Assembly (NCBI GenBank): GCA_963798915.1
Contig: CAWCVB010000006.1
Location: forward strand, 352,001-416,000
Origin: an uncultured Gemmatimonadales bacterium
GTDB lineage: Bacteria; Gemmatimonadota; Gemmatimonadetes; Gemmatimonadales; GWC2-71-9
Length of the DNA stretch: 64,000 bases
Direction of reading: 5' to 3'
The position numbers and the translations under genes are program-made. The notes under the pieces were generated by a model. That model was not told the origin of the DNA. It saw only the letters and a list, made by a program, of their open reading frames with translations, and did no database searches. How positions within the stretch are numbered: position 1 is the stretch's first letter; every line of letters starts with the position of its first letter. Positions 39,938-50,884 of this stretch are shown here, piece by piece.

Positions 39938-42900
39938 ATGTTCCGTCGCCGCCTGCTGGCGCTGTTGCCCCTGCTGCTTGTTCTGCTGCCACATCGGCTG
40001 TCGGCGCAGTACTTCGGGCAGAATAAGGTCCAATACGAAGCCTTCGGTTTCAAGGTCATCAAGACGGAGCACTTTGACGTCTTTTTCTACGAACGCGAAC
40101 GCGAGGCGGCCTTTGACATCGCCCGCATGGCTGAGCGCTCGTACGGACGCCTCTCCCGCGTGCTCAACCACCAGTTCCGCGAGCGCAAGCCGATCATTGT
40201 CTACGCCTCGCACTCGGACTTCATCCAGACCAACGCCACGCCCGGTGAGGTAGGAGAGGGCACCGGCGGCTTCACCGACTTTCTCAAGCACCGGAACATC
40301 TTTCCGCTGACCGGCTCGTACGCCGAGAACGAGCACGTGCTCACGCACGAAATGGTGCACCAGTTCCAGTACGACATTTACTCGGGCGGCAAGGCGGGGG
40401 CCGGCCTGGGCACCCTGATCGCCGTGAATCCACCGCTCTGGTTCATGGAGGGCATGGCGGAATATCTCGCCATCGGGCCGGTGGATCCCAACACGGCCAT
40501 GTGGCTTCGCGATGCGTCGCTGGAGAACAAGCTCCCGTCGATCCGTCAGATGGAGACCGACCCGCGCATCTTTCCCTACCGCTTTGGCGAGGCGCTCCTG
40601 GCTTACATCGGGCAGCGTTGGGGCGACGAAGCCATTGGCGCCATCCTGAGTAATTCGCGCGTCTCCGGCCTCGATGGCGCTTTCCGCCGTACCATCGGGC
40701 TCTCGCTCGACCAGCTTTCCACCCAGTGGCGGGACGCCGTCCTTCGGAAATACCTGCCGGAAATCGGGTCGCGAACCACCGCCGCGGCGGTGGCGCAGCC
40801 ACTGCTGACCGAGGCCAAGTCAGACGGCACGCTGCACCTTGCTCCGGCGTTTTCCCCTGACGGCTCGCGTGTCGCGTACTTCAGTGAAGCCAATTTCTAC
40901 TTCGTGGACCTGTACCTGGCCGATGGACGAACCGGGGAGCGGCAGAAGCGACTCTTCAAGTCCACGTTTGACAGCAACTACGAGACGTTCCGATTCATCA
41001 ACTCGTCGGCGAGCTTCTCGCCGGACGGGAAGTTCATCGTCGTCGCGGCCAAGCGCGGTCCCAAGGACGAGATCCTGGTCATTGACGTGGATCGCAACCG
41101 CGTCGTGGACCGGGTCAAGCTGGAGCTCGACGGCGTCACCACGCCCAGCTTCAGCCCGGATGGCCGTCGTCTGGTCTTCACCGGCTACGATGGCGGCATC
41201 GCGGATCTGTACGTCGTGGACAGGGACGGCCGGAACCTGCGACGGCTGACCAACGACAAGTTCGCCGAATTCGATCCGGTCTGGTCGCCCGACGGCGCCT
41301 CGATCGCCTTCACAACCGATCGAGGGCCAGAGACCGATTTTGACCAGCTGAGCTTCGGCAACTTCCGGATTGCGCTGTATGACCTGGCCGCGGGTGACAT
41401 TCGCGTGCTCGATCAGATGGACACCGGCAAGAACAGCAGTCCCCAATGGGCGCCCGACGGCCGCTCCATCGGATTCATCTCCGACCGGACCGGCGTGAGC
41501 AACGTATTCCTGTATGATCTCGGCGACCAGCAGGTGTATCAGCTCACCGACCTCTACACCGGGGCCCAGGGCATCACACCGCTCAGCCCGGTGCTCAGTT
41601 GGGCTCGCGGCGCCGACCGGATGGCGTTTGTCTACTACGAGAAGGAGAAGTACGACGTCTACGCGATCGACAACCCCAGGAGCTTGAAGCGGGCCCCCTG
41701 GACGCCGGCTCAGGCGGATAGCGCGCATGCCCTGGCGAGCATCGGCGCCAACGGGGCGGCCGCTGCTCCGCCCGACTCAATGGTCAGCGACTCGGCCGCT
41801 GCAGGTCAGCAGCTACCACAGGCCGGTGTGGGCGTCGGGGGCTCGCTCTACCGCTCGCAGCGCGGCTTCCGGGCCGCCAACAAGCTTGGTGCGGTCGACT
41901 CGAGCGCACCGGCGCCAGGCCCGATCTCGATCGTCGCCCTGCTCGACTCGACATCGCTCAACCTGCCGGACACGAACGAGTTCTCGGTCAAGCCATACCG
42001 GGTGCACTTCACGCCCGACTACGTGGCGCGGCCTTCGATCGGCTACACCCGGGATACCTTTGGCCGGGGCTTCTTCGGTGGCAGTGCGGTGCAGCTCAGC
42101 GACATGCTGGGCAACCACCAGATGATCTTTGCCGGCTACGTGAATGGCAGCTTCGTGGAATCACAACTGCTCGGGGTGTATGCGAACCTGACGCACCGGC
42201 TGAACTGGGCCGTGGGTTTGTCGCAGGACCCCTACTTCTTCTTTCAGCAGAGCGAAATCGCCCAGGGGCAGCCGACCACTGACGAGAACACCTTCATCAC
42301 GCACATCCGCCGGATCATCGTACGCCAGGCCTTTGTCACGGCCTCCTATCCGTTCAACCGGTTCAAGCGGGTGGAGCTGTCGCTTCGAGGCAATAACATC
42401 AAGGACGACGATCTGCAGATCCTTGAGCCGTATGATCCGGTCACCGGGCTGCGAACCCGGGACCCTGCCCTCTTCACTGTCGGCAACCCCAGCGCGAACT
42501 ACATCCAGCCCGCCATCGCACTGGTGCATGACAACACGCTGTTCGGGTACACCGGACCGTTCTATGGCCGCCGCTGGCGCTTCGAGGCGGCTGAGAATAT
42601 CGGCACCTGGCACTTCACCCAGTTGCTCGGCGACTATCGTCGCTATGACCAGGTCGTGGGCCCGGTCGTCCTGGCAACGCGAGCATTCTACTTCGGACGG
42701 ATGGGCCGGGATGCCGACCAGTTCCGGCTCTTCGTCGGCTCTACCGACCTGCTTCGTGGCCAGACCTCGGGCTCCTACAGCCGGAACGAATGCCGTAATG
42801 CGAATGACTCAAACACCTACACGGGTTGTGCTGCGCTCGACCGACTGGTGGGCAGCCAGCTCGCGGTCGGCAGCGTGGAACTTCGCTTTCCGATCCTGAC

Positions 42901-43180
42901 TCAGCAGCTGTTCAAGAAACTGCCGCTGGGCGTTCCGCCGATCGAAGGCGCCGTCTTCTACGATGTTGGCCTGGCGTGGGACGAGAACAGCACGGTGAAA
43001 TGGAAGGAAGACGCCGGCGATGCCGGCAATCCGGCGGTCCGGGTGCCGCTGCAGACCTGGGGGCTGTCGGCCCGCATGAACCTGCTCGGCCTCCTCGTCG
43101 CCCGGCTGGATTGGTCACACCCGCTGCATCGCCCCGGCGTCGGGAGCCTGTGGACCCTGAGTCTCGGACCCACGTTCTGA
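39938..43180 (+). CDS. Zinc metallopeptidase + PD40 beta-propeller + Omp85/BamA-type barrel fusion
   Basis: Signal peptide, QYFGQNKV, HEMVH..WFMEGMAE, repeated P.FSPDG/WSPDG, SVELRFP, terminal Phe (LSLGPTF). Confidence 0.85.
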   Translation: MFRRRLLALLPLLLVLLPHRLSAQYFGQNKVQYEAFGFKVIKTEHFDVFFYEREREAAFDIARMAERSYGRLSRVLNHQFRERKPIIVYASHSDFIQTNATPGEVGEGTGGFTDFLKHRNIFPLTGSYAENEHVLTHEMVHQFQYDIYSGGKAGAGLGTLIAVNPPLWFMEGMAEYLAIGPVDPNTAMWLRDASLENKLPSIRQMETDPRIFPYRFGEALLAYIGQRWGDEAIGAILSNSRVSGLDGAFRRTIGLSLDQLSTQWRDAVLRKYLPEIGSRTTAAAVAQPLLTEAKSDGTLHLAPAFSPDGSRVAYFSEANFYFVDLYLADGRTGERQKRLFKSTFDSNYETFRFINSSASFSPDGKFIVVAAKRGPKDEILVIDVDRNRVVDRVKLELDGVTTPSFSPDGRRLVFTGYDGGIADLYVVDRDGRNLRRLTNDKFAEFDPVWSPDGASIAFTTDRGPETDFDQLSFGNFRIALYDLAAGDIRVLDQMDTGKNSSPQWAPDGRSIGFISDRTGVSNVFLYDLGDQQVYQLTDLYTGAQGITPLSPVLSWARGADRMAFVYYEKEKYDVYAIDNPRSLKRAPWTPAQADSAHALASIGANGAAAAPPDSMVSDSAAAGQQLPQAGVGVGGSLYRSQRGFRAANKLGAVDSSAPAPGPISIVALLDSTSLNLPDTNEFSVKPYRVHFTPDYVARPSIGYTRDTFGRGFFGGSAVQLSDMLGNHQMIFAGYVNGSFVESQLLGVYANLTHRLNWAVGLSQDPYFFFQQSEIAQGQPTTDENTFITHIRRIIVRQAFVTASYPFNRFKRVELSLRGNNIKDDDLQILEPYDPVTGLRTRDPALFTVGNPSANYIQPAIALVHDNTLFGYTGPFYGRRWRFEAAENIGTWHFTQLLGDYRRYDQVVGPVVLATRAFYFGRMGRDADQFRLFVGSTDLLRGQTSGSYSRNECRNANDSNTYTGCAALDRLVGSQLAVGSVELRFPILTQQLFKKLPLGVPPIEGAVFYDVGLAWDENSTVKWKEDAGDAGNPAVRVPLQTWGLSARMNLLGLLVARLDWSHPLHRPGVGSLWTLSLGPTF

Positions 43181-43198
43181 CGCTTTCCTGACGACACG

Positions 43199-43229
43199 CA
43201 CGGGACGTCCGATCGGCCGGCGTCCCGTG
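43199..43229 (+). terminator. Hairpin downstream of the Omp85 fusion gene
   Basis: CACGGGACGTC ... GGCGTCCCGTG stem; no U-tract. Confidence 0.5.
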
Positions 43230-43283
43230 TGGCCTGGGTTCCCGGTCTGGAACCACCCCCGCCCCTGCTCTATCTTCCACCGC

Positions 43284-44666
43284 GTGACCGCACGCCTCAC
43301 TGTCCCCACGATTCTCCTGCTCCTGCTGGCCGCCTGCGGCGGATCCTCGGACGAGCCGCCCAGCCCGCCGGTGGCACTGACCGGCCTGCCGGTTTCGAGC
43401 CTCATGCGCATCGAGCCCGACGGCGGCCGGCCGGAACTCTTTCACGTGCCGGATCTCGCTCCCCTGGACTGGCACGCCGAGGATCGTCTCGGCAAGATCA
43501 GGCAGGTTGTCGGGGCGATCGCAGATCCGGCCCAGCTTTTTGTCCTGGATCGCGCCGGCGTTCTCACCGCCATGCGGCTTGAGGCTGGCCGCACGCGCAC
43601 GGTGGTTCGCAATGCCGCCATCGCAACCATCAGTGCGGATGGCGGACTCTTCACCGTGGACAGCAGCGGCGCAGCCTGGGCCGTGGGCCGACGAACGCCC
43701 GAGCGCTACCGGGCGGCATTCGATCAGGTGCCGGATGCCCTGTGGGCGGGCGCTGGGGGGACACTGGTCGGGTATGATTCGAGCGCATCTGCGCTAGCCG
43801 TTGCAGGCGCGAGCGATACGCTGGCGGTGCGACCGATCGCGCAGGGCCCCGTGGCGGCGGCTCCGTGGGCCGACCTGGTGGCGGTCGCAACGGATTCCGT
43901 GATCTGGCTGTACCAACCCGAATCTGCCAGGAAGCCGCGTCAGGTGGCGGCGAGTCAGGCACCGACGGCGCTCGCCTTCTCGCCGTCCGGCCATCAGCTC
44001 TACGTGGCGGATGACCAGCGGATCAATGTCATTGACCGGTTTGCAGCGCGCGTGCGCACGCGAATCGCCGTTGCAGGACCGGTGAAAGCGCTGCGCACCG
44101 ACCCGCTGGGTCGCTGGCTGCTCATTCGGCCCGTCACCGGTGATTCGGTCTGGGTGGTTGACCTCGACCGCAACGCCGTGGCGGGAGCGGTCGCCGGCGG
44201 GTGGGACCAGGACCTTCCGACGGTGGCTTCGCCAAACACGCTGGTGGTGCGTCAGGGCAAGGATGTGGTGGCGCACAGGCTGACCGAGCCCGGACTGCCG
44301 GAGAGCGGCCGGCTCGAGGGCGCCGGGTCAGCGCTCTGGGTCGCCGTGCCGTGGAGCCCCTTGCGCGAAGATCTCGTGCTGACCGGTGCCATTGCTGACT
44401 CGGCGGAGGTGGTCGCCACCGATTCCACATCGGCCGAGCGGACCTACCTCCAGGTCAGCAGCTCGCGCAATCCGGACTGGGCAACCGAACTGGTGAAGAA
44501 ACTGGCCGGGGCCGGACTCCACGCCACCGTGATCCCGCCGGCGGCCGATGGCGATCCCTATCGCGTGGTCCTGGGACCATATTCCTCACGTGACGCGGCA
44601 GAGGAGAGCGGCAAGACGCTCGGCATGCCGTACTTCGTCGTCACCTTGCCTGCCCAACCCAACTGA
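43284..44666 (+). CDS. Lipoprotein with beta-propeller and C-terminal SPOR domain
   Basis: Lipobox LAAC; AFSPSG; YLQVSS...YRVVLGPYSSRDAAE. Confidence 0.8.
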   Translation: MTARLTVPTILLLLLAACGGSSDEPPSPPVALTGLPVSSLMRIEPDGGRPELFHVPDLAPLDWHAEDRLGKIRQVVGAIADPAQLFVLDRAGVLTAMRLEAGRTRTVVRNAAIATISADGGLFTVDSSGAAWAVGRRTPERYRAAFDQVPDALWAGAGGTLVGYDSSASALAVAGASDTLAVRPIAQGPVAAAPWADLVAVATDSVIWLYQPESARKPRQVAASQAPTALAFSPSGHQLYVADDQRINVIDRFAARVRTRIAVAGPVKALRTDPLGRWLLIRPVTGDSVWVVDLDRNAVAGAVAGGWDQDLPTVASPNTLVVRQGKDVVAHRLTEPGLPESGRLEGAGSALWVAVPWSPLREDLVLTGAIADSAEVVATDSTSAERTYLQVSSSRNPDWATELVKKLAGAGLHATVIPPAADGDPYRVVLGPYSSRDAAEESGKTLGMPYFVVTLPAQPN

Positions 44667-44697
44667 CCCGGCGCCGGACCCGGAAGAAGGCCTGCCC

Positions 44698-47600
44698 ATG
44701 AAGTTGACCAAGCTGGAACTTTCCGGCTTCAAGTCGTTCGCGGACACCGTGGCGCTCACGTTTGAAGCGGGCGTCACGTCGATCGTGGGGCCCAATGGCT
44801 GCGGCAAGTCCAATGTGTCGGATGCCGTACGCTGGGTGCTCGGCGAACAGTCCGCCCGCCTCCTCAGGGGCGGCAAGATGGAAGATGTGATCTTCCAGGG
44901 ATCGAGTGGCCGTCGGCCCGTCAACGTGACCGAGGTATCGCTGTACCTCGACAACAGTGACGGCGACCTCCCCATCGCCTATCAGGAGGTTGTCATCACG
45001 CGCCGGCTCTCCCGCTCGGGGCAGAGCGATTACATGCTGAATGGGACCGTCGTCCGGCTGCGCGACGTGCAGGACCTCCTGCGAGGCACCGGGCTCGGGA
45101 GCGACGCCGGCGTCGTCATCGAAGCCAAGATGATCGACCTCCTGCTCTCCGACCGCGCGGAGGAGCGCCGCTCGCTTTTCGAAGAGGCCGCCGGCATCGG
45201 TCTGTATCGCGACCGCAAACAGAGCACCGAGCGGCGCCTGGAGGAGACTGCCGGCGACCTGCAACGGGTTGAAGACCTGATTGCAGAGGTCCAGTCACAG
45301 ATCCGAAGCCTCGCCCGGCAAAAGGGAAAGGCCGAACGTCATGTCCGCCTGATGGAGGAGAAGTTCTCGCTGCAGGTCACCCTTGCGCAGCGGCATCTGG
45401 ACCGGCTGTCCAGCGAGGTAGCTGGCCTCGAGGCGCGGCATGCGGAACTGCAGGACGAGCTGCCACGGGTCCGGACGGCGCTCCACGAACACGAGACGGA
45501 GCGCTCACGGGCAGCGGAAGGACGCGCGTCACGCGAGGCAGGGCGGACGGAAATCGTCCAGCGCCTGGCCGGCGTTCGGCTGGACCTTGGCCGGCTGGAT
45601 GGTGAACTGAATGTGGCTCGTGAGCGCCTGCAGCATTTCGAGGAGCGCCAGAGCCGGGCATCGGAAGAGCGCGACAATCACCGCGGCCGCAGCGAGCAGG
45701 CCCGGCAGGAGGAGGAGGCGGCAAGCGCCGAGTACGCGGATGCTGCCGCCGAGCACGCGCGAATCCGGGCAGAACTCTCGGCCCGCACTGACGAAGAGGC
45801 CGCCAGTCGCTCGCGTCTTGTCGAGGCACGCGAGGCGGTGCGGACGTTGGAACAGGCTGCGCAGGCGCACGCTCAGCAGCTGCGCGCACTCGAGGGCGAG
45901 CGCTCGGCGCTGGAGGGGGAACTGGCCTCGCTGCGCGAACGTCGACGCCAGGCCGATGCCCTGCTGGGGTCGCGCCGTTCAGAACTGGTCGTGGCTGAGC
46001 GCAAGCGCGACCACCTGGTCGAGCGGGCCGGCATGGAGGCGTACGAGGCGCGACGCGCCGCCGAAGGGGCCGACCAGATGCGCCACGTCGTGGCGGAGCG
46101 CCGGGAGCACGAAGCCGGAGCGCGCGCCGAGCGCCGCCAGTCCGAGGAGGCACTTGCCCAGCTCAGCGCCCGGCGGCATGCCCTCGAGGAACTGGAACGC
46201 GACCGCGTGGGCCTGGCACCAGCAGCAGCGGCGCTCCTGGCCGAACGTTCCCGGTTCGGCGATGCGGTCCTCGGGCCGTTGAGTGACTTCGTATCCGCTG
46301 AGCGCCGGCACGCGGAGCTTACCGAACGCCTGCTGGGCGAGTGGATGCACGCCGTCCTGGTTCGGGACTCCGACGCTGTTGAGGCCATCCGCGCGTGGCA
46401 TGCAGAAGTGCAGCCGGGGGCGCTCGTCCTGTTGCCAGTTTCACCCGGCCCCTCCACTGTGTCTGCAATGGCGACGCTGGACGAGCGGCTGCACGTTGAA
46501 GGCCCCGCCCGTGAGTGGGTCCGTGCCGCGCTGGCCGGCTCGGAAGTGCTTGATGAGGCGGGGACAGTGCTCCGCAGGGCGAGCGGCGCGATCTTCCTTT
46601 CGGCGGCTGCAGCGCCCACCGGGCCGTTGCGCCGGCGCGCAGAACTCAAGCAACTGGTGGCGGATGTCGCCTCGGCCGGGTCCCGGCTCGACGCTGCGAA
46701 GTCGTCGCTGGACGATGCCGCGGCCCGATTGGCCGAGGCGGAGCAGGAGCTTGCTCGTACCTCCGCCAACGCCGAGGCCGCGCGTGAGCGGGAACGGGTC
46801 GCGAACGCTCAGCGGGACGATGCGCTGCGGCTGCTCGGTAATCTGGGCCGCGAGGCCAGTGAGGCTGAGCAGCAGTTGGTGCGGCTGACCGGGCGGCTCC
46901 AGGCCGCCGAGCAGCGGCTAGCGGAGATCGACAGCGGGCTGCTTGAGGCGGAGCGTCACAGCGCGCAGCTGGAAGAGCAGATCGGTACCGCGCGGGCGCG
47001 TCTGGCCGAACTCGAGGCGGAGCAGGAGTCGGCGCGTGACGACCGGGTCCAATGGCAGGTGCAGGAGGCGCATGTCGGCGCCCGCCTCCGGGCCTCCGAG
47101 GAGCGGCGCGCACGCGCGCAGCAGGCCCGCGAGAGTTCGGAGCAGGCCATCGCCCGACTGGGCGATGAAGCGACGGCCCTCGCCGCCGACGCGGAGTCGT
47201 TGACGGCGCAGCGGAGCCGCTGGGACGATGAGCGAGCACAGCAGCTCGTGGCGCTTCGCGAACTGGAGGAAGCGGCGACAGTGGCCGAACGGGAGCTGGC
47301 AGCGGCGTCCGCACGGCTGCAGGCATCGGAGACTGCGCTGGAGCACGCTCGAGTCACGGTCGAAGCGGCAAGCGAGGAACACCACGGGCTCCAGATTCGG
47401 TTGACCGAAGCGGCTGCGCATCGGCGCAGCATCGTGGAGCGGGTCGAAACCGAGTGGCGCCGCCCGCTGGCCGACCTGCTGGCCGGCTGCGCGCTGCTTG
47501 ACCTGGATCTCGAAACCCTGGAGAATGAAACAGCCCGGGTCGTCCAGGCGCTCGAGAGCATCGGTCCGGTGAACCCGCTGGCCGTCGAGGAGCATGCGGA

Positions 47601-48171
47601 GGAAACCAGGCGACTGGAATTCCTCACCTCCCAGCGCGACGACCTGGTGAGCGCGCGTCACTCACTCCTCCAGGCCATTCGTGAAATTGACGGCACCGCC
47701 CGGGAACTGTTTCAGCAGACCTTCTCCGCCGTGCAAGGGCATTTCCGAACCGTCTTCACGACATTGTTCGGCGGCGGCGAGTGCGAGCTTCGCCTGGCCG
47801 ATCCGGACCAGCCGCTGGAGAGCGAGATCGAGATCCACGCCGCTCCGCGTGGGAAGCGCACCCAGCGGATCCACCTGCTCTCCTCCGGCGAACGGACCCT
47901 CGTTGCCGTGTCGCTGCTGTTCAGCATCTACCTGACCAAGCCCAGTCCCTTCTGCCTCATGGACGAGGTCGATGCGCCGCTCGATGATTCCAACGTGGGC
48001 CGGTTCACGCGGCTCCTCGAGGAATTCAAGGATCAGACGCAGTTCCTGGTGATCACGCACAACCCGCGCACCATGCAGTCGGCGGACGCCGTGTACGGTG
48101 TCACCATGCAGGAGCCCGGCGTGTCCACCATTGTGGGCGTCCGGCTGGGAGACCACGAGCGGGTGGCGTGA
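44698..48171 (+). CDS. smc: Chromosome segregation protein SMC
   Basis: [14 protein letters not shown], coiled coils with hinge, [13 protein letters not shown]. Confidence 0.97.
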   Translation: MKLTKLELSGFKSFADTVALTFEAGVTSIVGPNGCGKSNVSDAVRWVLGEQSARLLRGGKMEDVIFQGSSGRRPVNVTEVSLYLDNSDGDLPIAYQEVVITRRLSRSGQSDYMLNGTVVRLRDVQDLLRGTGLGSDAGVVIEAKMIDLLLSDRAEERRSLFEEAAGIGLYRDRKQSTERRLEETAGDLQRVEDLIAEVQSQIRSLARQKGKAERHVRLMEEKFSLQVTLAQRHLDRLSSEVAGLEARHAELQDELPRVRTALHEHETERSRAAEGRASREAGRTEIVQRLAGVRLDLGRLDGELNVARERLQHFEERQSRASEERDNHRGRSEQARQEEEAASAEYADAAAEHARIRAELSARTDEEAASRSRLVEAREAVRTLEQAAQAHAQQLRALEGERSALEGELASLRERRRQADALLGSRRSELVVAERKRDHLVERAGMEAYEARRAAEGADQMRHVVAERREHEAGARAERRQSEEALAQLSARRHALEELERDRVGLAPAAAALLAERSRFGDAVLGPLSDFVSAERRHAELTERLLGEWMHAVLVRDSDAVEAIRAWHAEVQPGALVLLPVSPGPSTVSAMATLDERLHVEGPAREWVRAALAGSEVLDEAGTVLRRASGAIFLSAAAAPTGPLRRRAELKQLVADVASAGSRLDAAKSSLDDAAARLAEAEQELARTSANAEAARERERVANAQRDDALRLLGNLGREASEAEQQLVRLTGRLQAAEQRLAEIDSGLLEAERHSAQLEEQIGTARARLAELEAEQESARDDRVQWQVQEAHVGARLRASEERRARAQQARESSEQAIARLGDEATALAADAESLTAQRSRWDDERAQQLVALRELEEAATVAERELAAASARLQASETALEHARVTVEAASEEHHGLQIRLTEAAAHRRSIVERVETEWRRPLADLLAGCALLDLDLETLENETARVVQALESIGPVNPLAVEEHAEETRRLEFLTSQRDDLVSARHSLLQAIREIDGTARELFQQTFSAVQGHFRTVFTTLFGGGECELRLADPDQPLESEIEIHAAPRGKRTQRIHLLSSGERTLVAVSLLFSIYLTKPSPFCLMDEVDAPLDDSNVGRFTRLLEEFKDQTQFLVITHNPRTMQSADAVYGVTMQEPGVSTIVGVRLGDHERVA

Positions 48172-48265
48172 CCTCCGTCACGAGATGTCTCGGTCCGCGC
48201 CTTATTGCCGGGCCGGATGTGCCAATCCGGCACTGGGCACATCGCTTGCTCCTCCAGGAGAGCTC

Positions 48266-49306
48266 ATGCTGGTCGTAATGCGCCATGGCGCGCCGGAGCA
48301 GGAAGTGCGCGGCGTGGTTCAGGTCATCGAAGAAATGGGCTACCAGGCGCGGCCTATGCCTGGGCGGCAACGCACCAGCGTGGGCGTGGTGGGCAACGAT
48401 GGGCGGGTGGACGGTTCGCGTCTCGCGGCCCTCCCGGGGGTCGTTGAGATCATCCACGTCACCAAGCCCTACAAGCAGGTCTCGCGGGAATGGCGGCCGG
48501 AATCGACCGTGATTCGACTGCCGGGCGGCATCACGGTGGGAGGCGATGAGATCGTGGTGATGGCCGGACCGTGCTCAGTGGAGAGCGAGGAGCAGATCAT
48601 CGCGGCGGCGATGGCGGTGCGCGACGCCGGAGCCACGGTCCTCCGTGCGGGGGCGTTCAAGCCGCGTTCGTCGCCCTACGCATTTCAGGGTCTGGGTACT
48701 GCCGGTCTCGCGCTCCTGCGCCGGGCGCGCGAGGAAAGTGGCTTGCTGATTGTCACGGAAGCCATGGACCCGGAGGGAGTCGACCTGGTGGCCGAGGTGG
48801 CCGACATCATCCAGATCGGGGCCCGCAACATGCAGAACTATTCGCTGCTCAAGAAGGCGGGTCGCGCGGCCAAGCCGGTGCTGCTCAAGCGAGGGCTCTC
48901 GGCCACGATCCAGGAGTTGCTGCTCGCTGCCGAGTACCTGCTCGCGGAAGGCAACCAGGATGTCATGCTTTGCGAGCGCGGCGTCCGCGGCTTTGACGGA
49001 GCGACACGGAACCTGTTCGATCTCAGCGCGATTCCGGTGGTGCATGCACTCTCGCACCTGCCCATCATCGCCGACCCCAGTCACGGCACCGGCCGGCGGG
49101 ACATGGTCCTGCCGATGGCCCGAGCCGCCGTCGCGGCGGGTGCCGACGGGCTGCTGGTGGAAGTGCACCCACATCCGGAACGGGCATTATCGGACGGAGC
49201 CCAGAGCCTGGAGCCGGCCGCATTCCGTCAGCTGATGCGTGAAGCGCGGCCCATCGCCGAAGCCATCGGGCGACGCATTACCGAACCCACTGGAGCACGC
49301 ACGTGA
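48266..49306 (+). CDS. aroF: DAHP synthase type I-beta with N-terminal regulatory domain
   Basis: [41 protein letters not shown]. Confidence 0.93.
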   Translation: MLVVMRHGAPEQEVRGVVQVIEEMGYQARPMPGRQRTSVGVVGNDGRVDGSRLAALPGVVEIIHVTKPYKQVSREWRPESTVIRLPGGITVGGDEIVVMAGPCSVESEEQIIAAAMAVRDAGATVLRAGAFKPRSSPYAFQGLGTAGLALLRRAREESGLLIVTEAMDPEGVDLVAEVADIIQIGARNMQNYSLLKKAGRAAKPVLLKRGLSATIQELLLAAEYLLAEGNQDVMLCERGVRGFDGATRNLFDLSAIPVVHALSHLPIIADPSHGTGRRDMVLPMARAAVAAGADGLLVEVHPHPERALSDGAQSLEPAAFRQLMREARPIAEAIGRRITEPTGART

Positions 49307-49962
49307 AGGTCACGCAGACTGGATTGAGCCTTGCCTTCCTCGCCGCGGCAATCGCGGCGTCAGCCCACGGCCAGGATGCAGCGGCCATCGTGGGCCGCTC
49401 GGCGCGCCGATACGCCTCGATTTCAAGCCTGCGGGCCGAGTTTGTGCAGCGCATCGAGGATTCGCTGATCGGCACCTATGACAGTCGGGGCGCCCTCATG
49501 CAGAAGGGCGAGAACAAGCTCAGCATGCGCTTCAGTGACCCCGAAGGCGACGCCGTGGTGGTGGATGGCCGCCAGGTGTGGGTGTATACGCCCAGCACCG
49601 CCCCGGGACAAGTCATCCGGATGCCGATCCCGACGGGCGCGATGTATGGGCTCAACGTGTTGTCGTGGATCCTGGACCGGCCGGCCGAACGCTACCGGAT
49701 GCGCTACCTGCGGCCCGACACAGTGCATGGCCGCACGGTCGACGTGGTGGAACTCATCCCGCTCTCCTCAGAATTGCCATTCAGTCAGGCGATTGTCTGG
49801 CTCGACCGGGATGACGCCCTGCCCCGACGGCTCGAAATCGCAGAACGCCGCGGCGGAATGCGCACGATCACACTGTCGCATGTGCGAGCCAACACAAGCC
49901 TTCCCGCCGACGCGTTCGCCTTCGTGGTGCCGCGCGGCGTCCGCATCGTCGATCAGCGCTAG
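49303..49962 (+). CDS. lolA: Outer-membrane lipoprotein carrier LolA-like protein
   Basis: Signal peptide, [32 protein letters not shown]. Confidence 0.8.
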   Translation: MKVTQTGLSLAFLAAAIAASAHGQDAAAIVGRSARRYASISSLRAEFVQRIEDSLIGTYDSRGALMQKGENKLSMRFSDPEGDAVVVDGRQVWVYTPSTAPGQVIRMPIPTGAMYGLNVLSWILDRPAERYRMRYLRPDTVHGRTVDVVELIPLSSELPFSQAIVWLDRDDALPRRLEIAERRGGMRTITLSHVRANTSLPADAFAFVVPRGVRIVDQR

Positions 49963-50820
49963 ATCCGCCCCAGCACCGCCGCGATTTCCGATGCAAGCGC
50001 CGGCTCGAGGCCGGCGGTCTTCGCGATGTCCAGAGGTTACCCATCCCAAGTCCACATACAGGCGCCGGAGCGCCTCGTCGCCGAGCGCATCGAGGTGGCA
50101 GGCGACCGTGTGCGCATCACCGCGCCGAATGGCGCCGGTGAGCGCCTCGACGGGTCCAGCCCGCGCCAGGTTGTCGACGGTGCCTCGCAGCAGCGGCAGG
50201 TAGATCCGGGCGGCCAGGTCCGGCGGGAGGCCGCCCTGGATGGCGGCCTGCTGCGCCGCCCCATACAAGGCGACGGTGTAATTGGAGACCATGGCGGCGG
50301 CGGCGTGATAGGCTGGCCTGGCCTGGGCAGGTATTCTCACGGGCTCCATACCGCTCAGTGACGCCAGACGCGCCGCGACAGCAAGCGCCGCTCCCTCACC
50401 GTCGATACCAGCAGCAGCGCCTCGCAATCGGACTGGGGCTTCCCTGGCGTTGGCGATGGCCATCAGTGGATGCAGCGAACCAAGGGAGGCGCCTGAGGCG
50501 GCGAGCGGATCAAGGGCACGCTGATCCAGCAGGCCAGATGTGTGCAGCACCACGTGGGCGTTGCTCACGACTTCGAGATCCGCGATTGCCTGGGCCGCCG
50601 GGTTGATCGCCGCGTCCGGCACCGCGACCACTACCCATGGTGAAGCGTGAAGGGTTGCTGCCCACGCGCCAGGGCCGACAGCCTCCTGCAGCCCGGACTT
50701 CGCTCCGGGACTCCGGGCGAGGAGCGTGACAGTGGCACCCGCTTTCGACCAGCTGAGCCCAAGACCGGCGCCGACCCGCCCGCGGCCAACAATTGCGATT
50801 CGCTTGATTGCTTCAGGCAT
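49959..50820 (-). CDS. Rossmann-like/DUF2520 oxidoreductase (PanG-like), apparent +1 frameshift near 50035
   Basis: IVGRGRVG, HTSG, SLHPL, YHAAA, LTGAIRRGD; shifted frame ends [24 protein letters not shown] at 49959. Confidence 0.8.
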
Positions 50821-50833
50821 CCTGTAAAATGCA

Positions 50834-50868
50834 CCGGACCCGGCCCCCAGGGAGGGGGCCGGGTCCGG
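50834..50868 (-). terminator. 15-bp GC hairpin downstream of ctpA
   Basis: CCGGACCCGGCCCCC-aggga-GGGGGCCGGGTCCGG; minus strand continues TGCATTTT. Confidence 0.7.
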
Positions 50869-50884
50869 CGCGAGACCGCGACGG

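Noticed and set aside
44698..48171. SMC as Wadjet JetC or MksB
   Set aside because: Canonical SMC motifs and no jetABD or mks neighbours.
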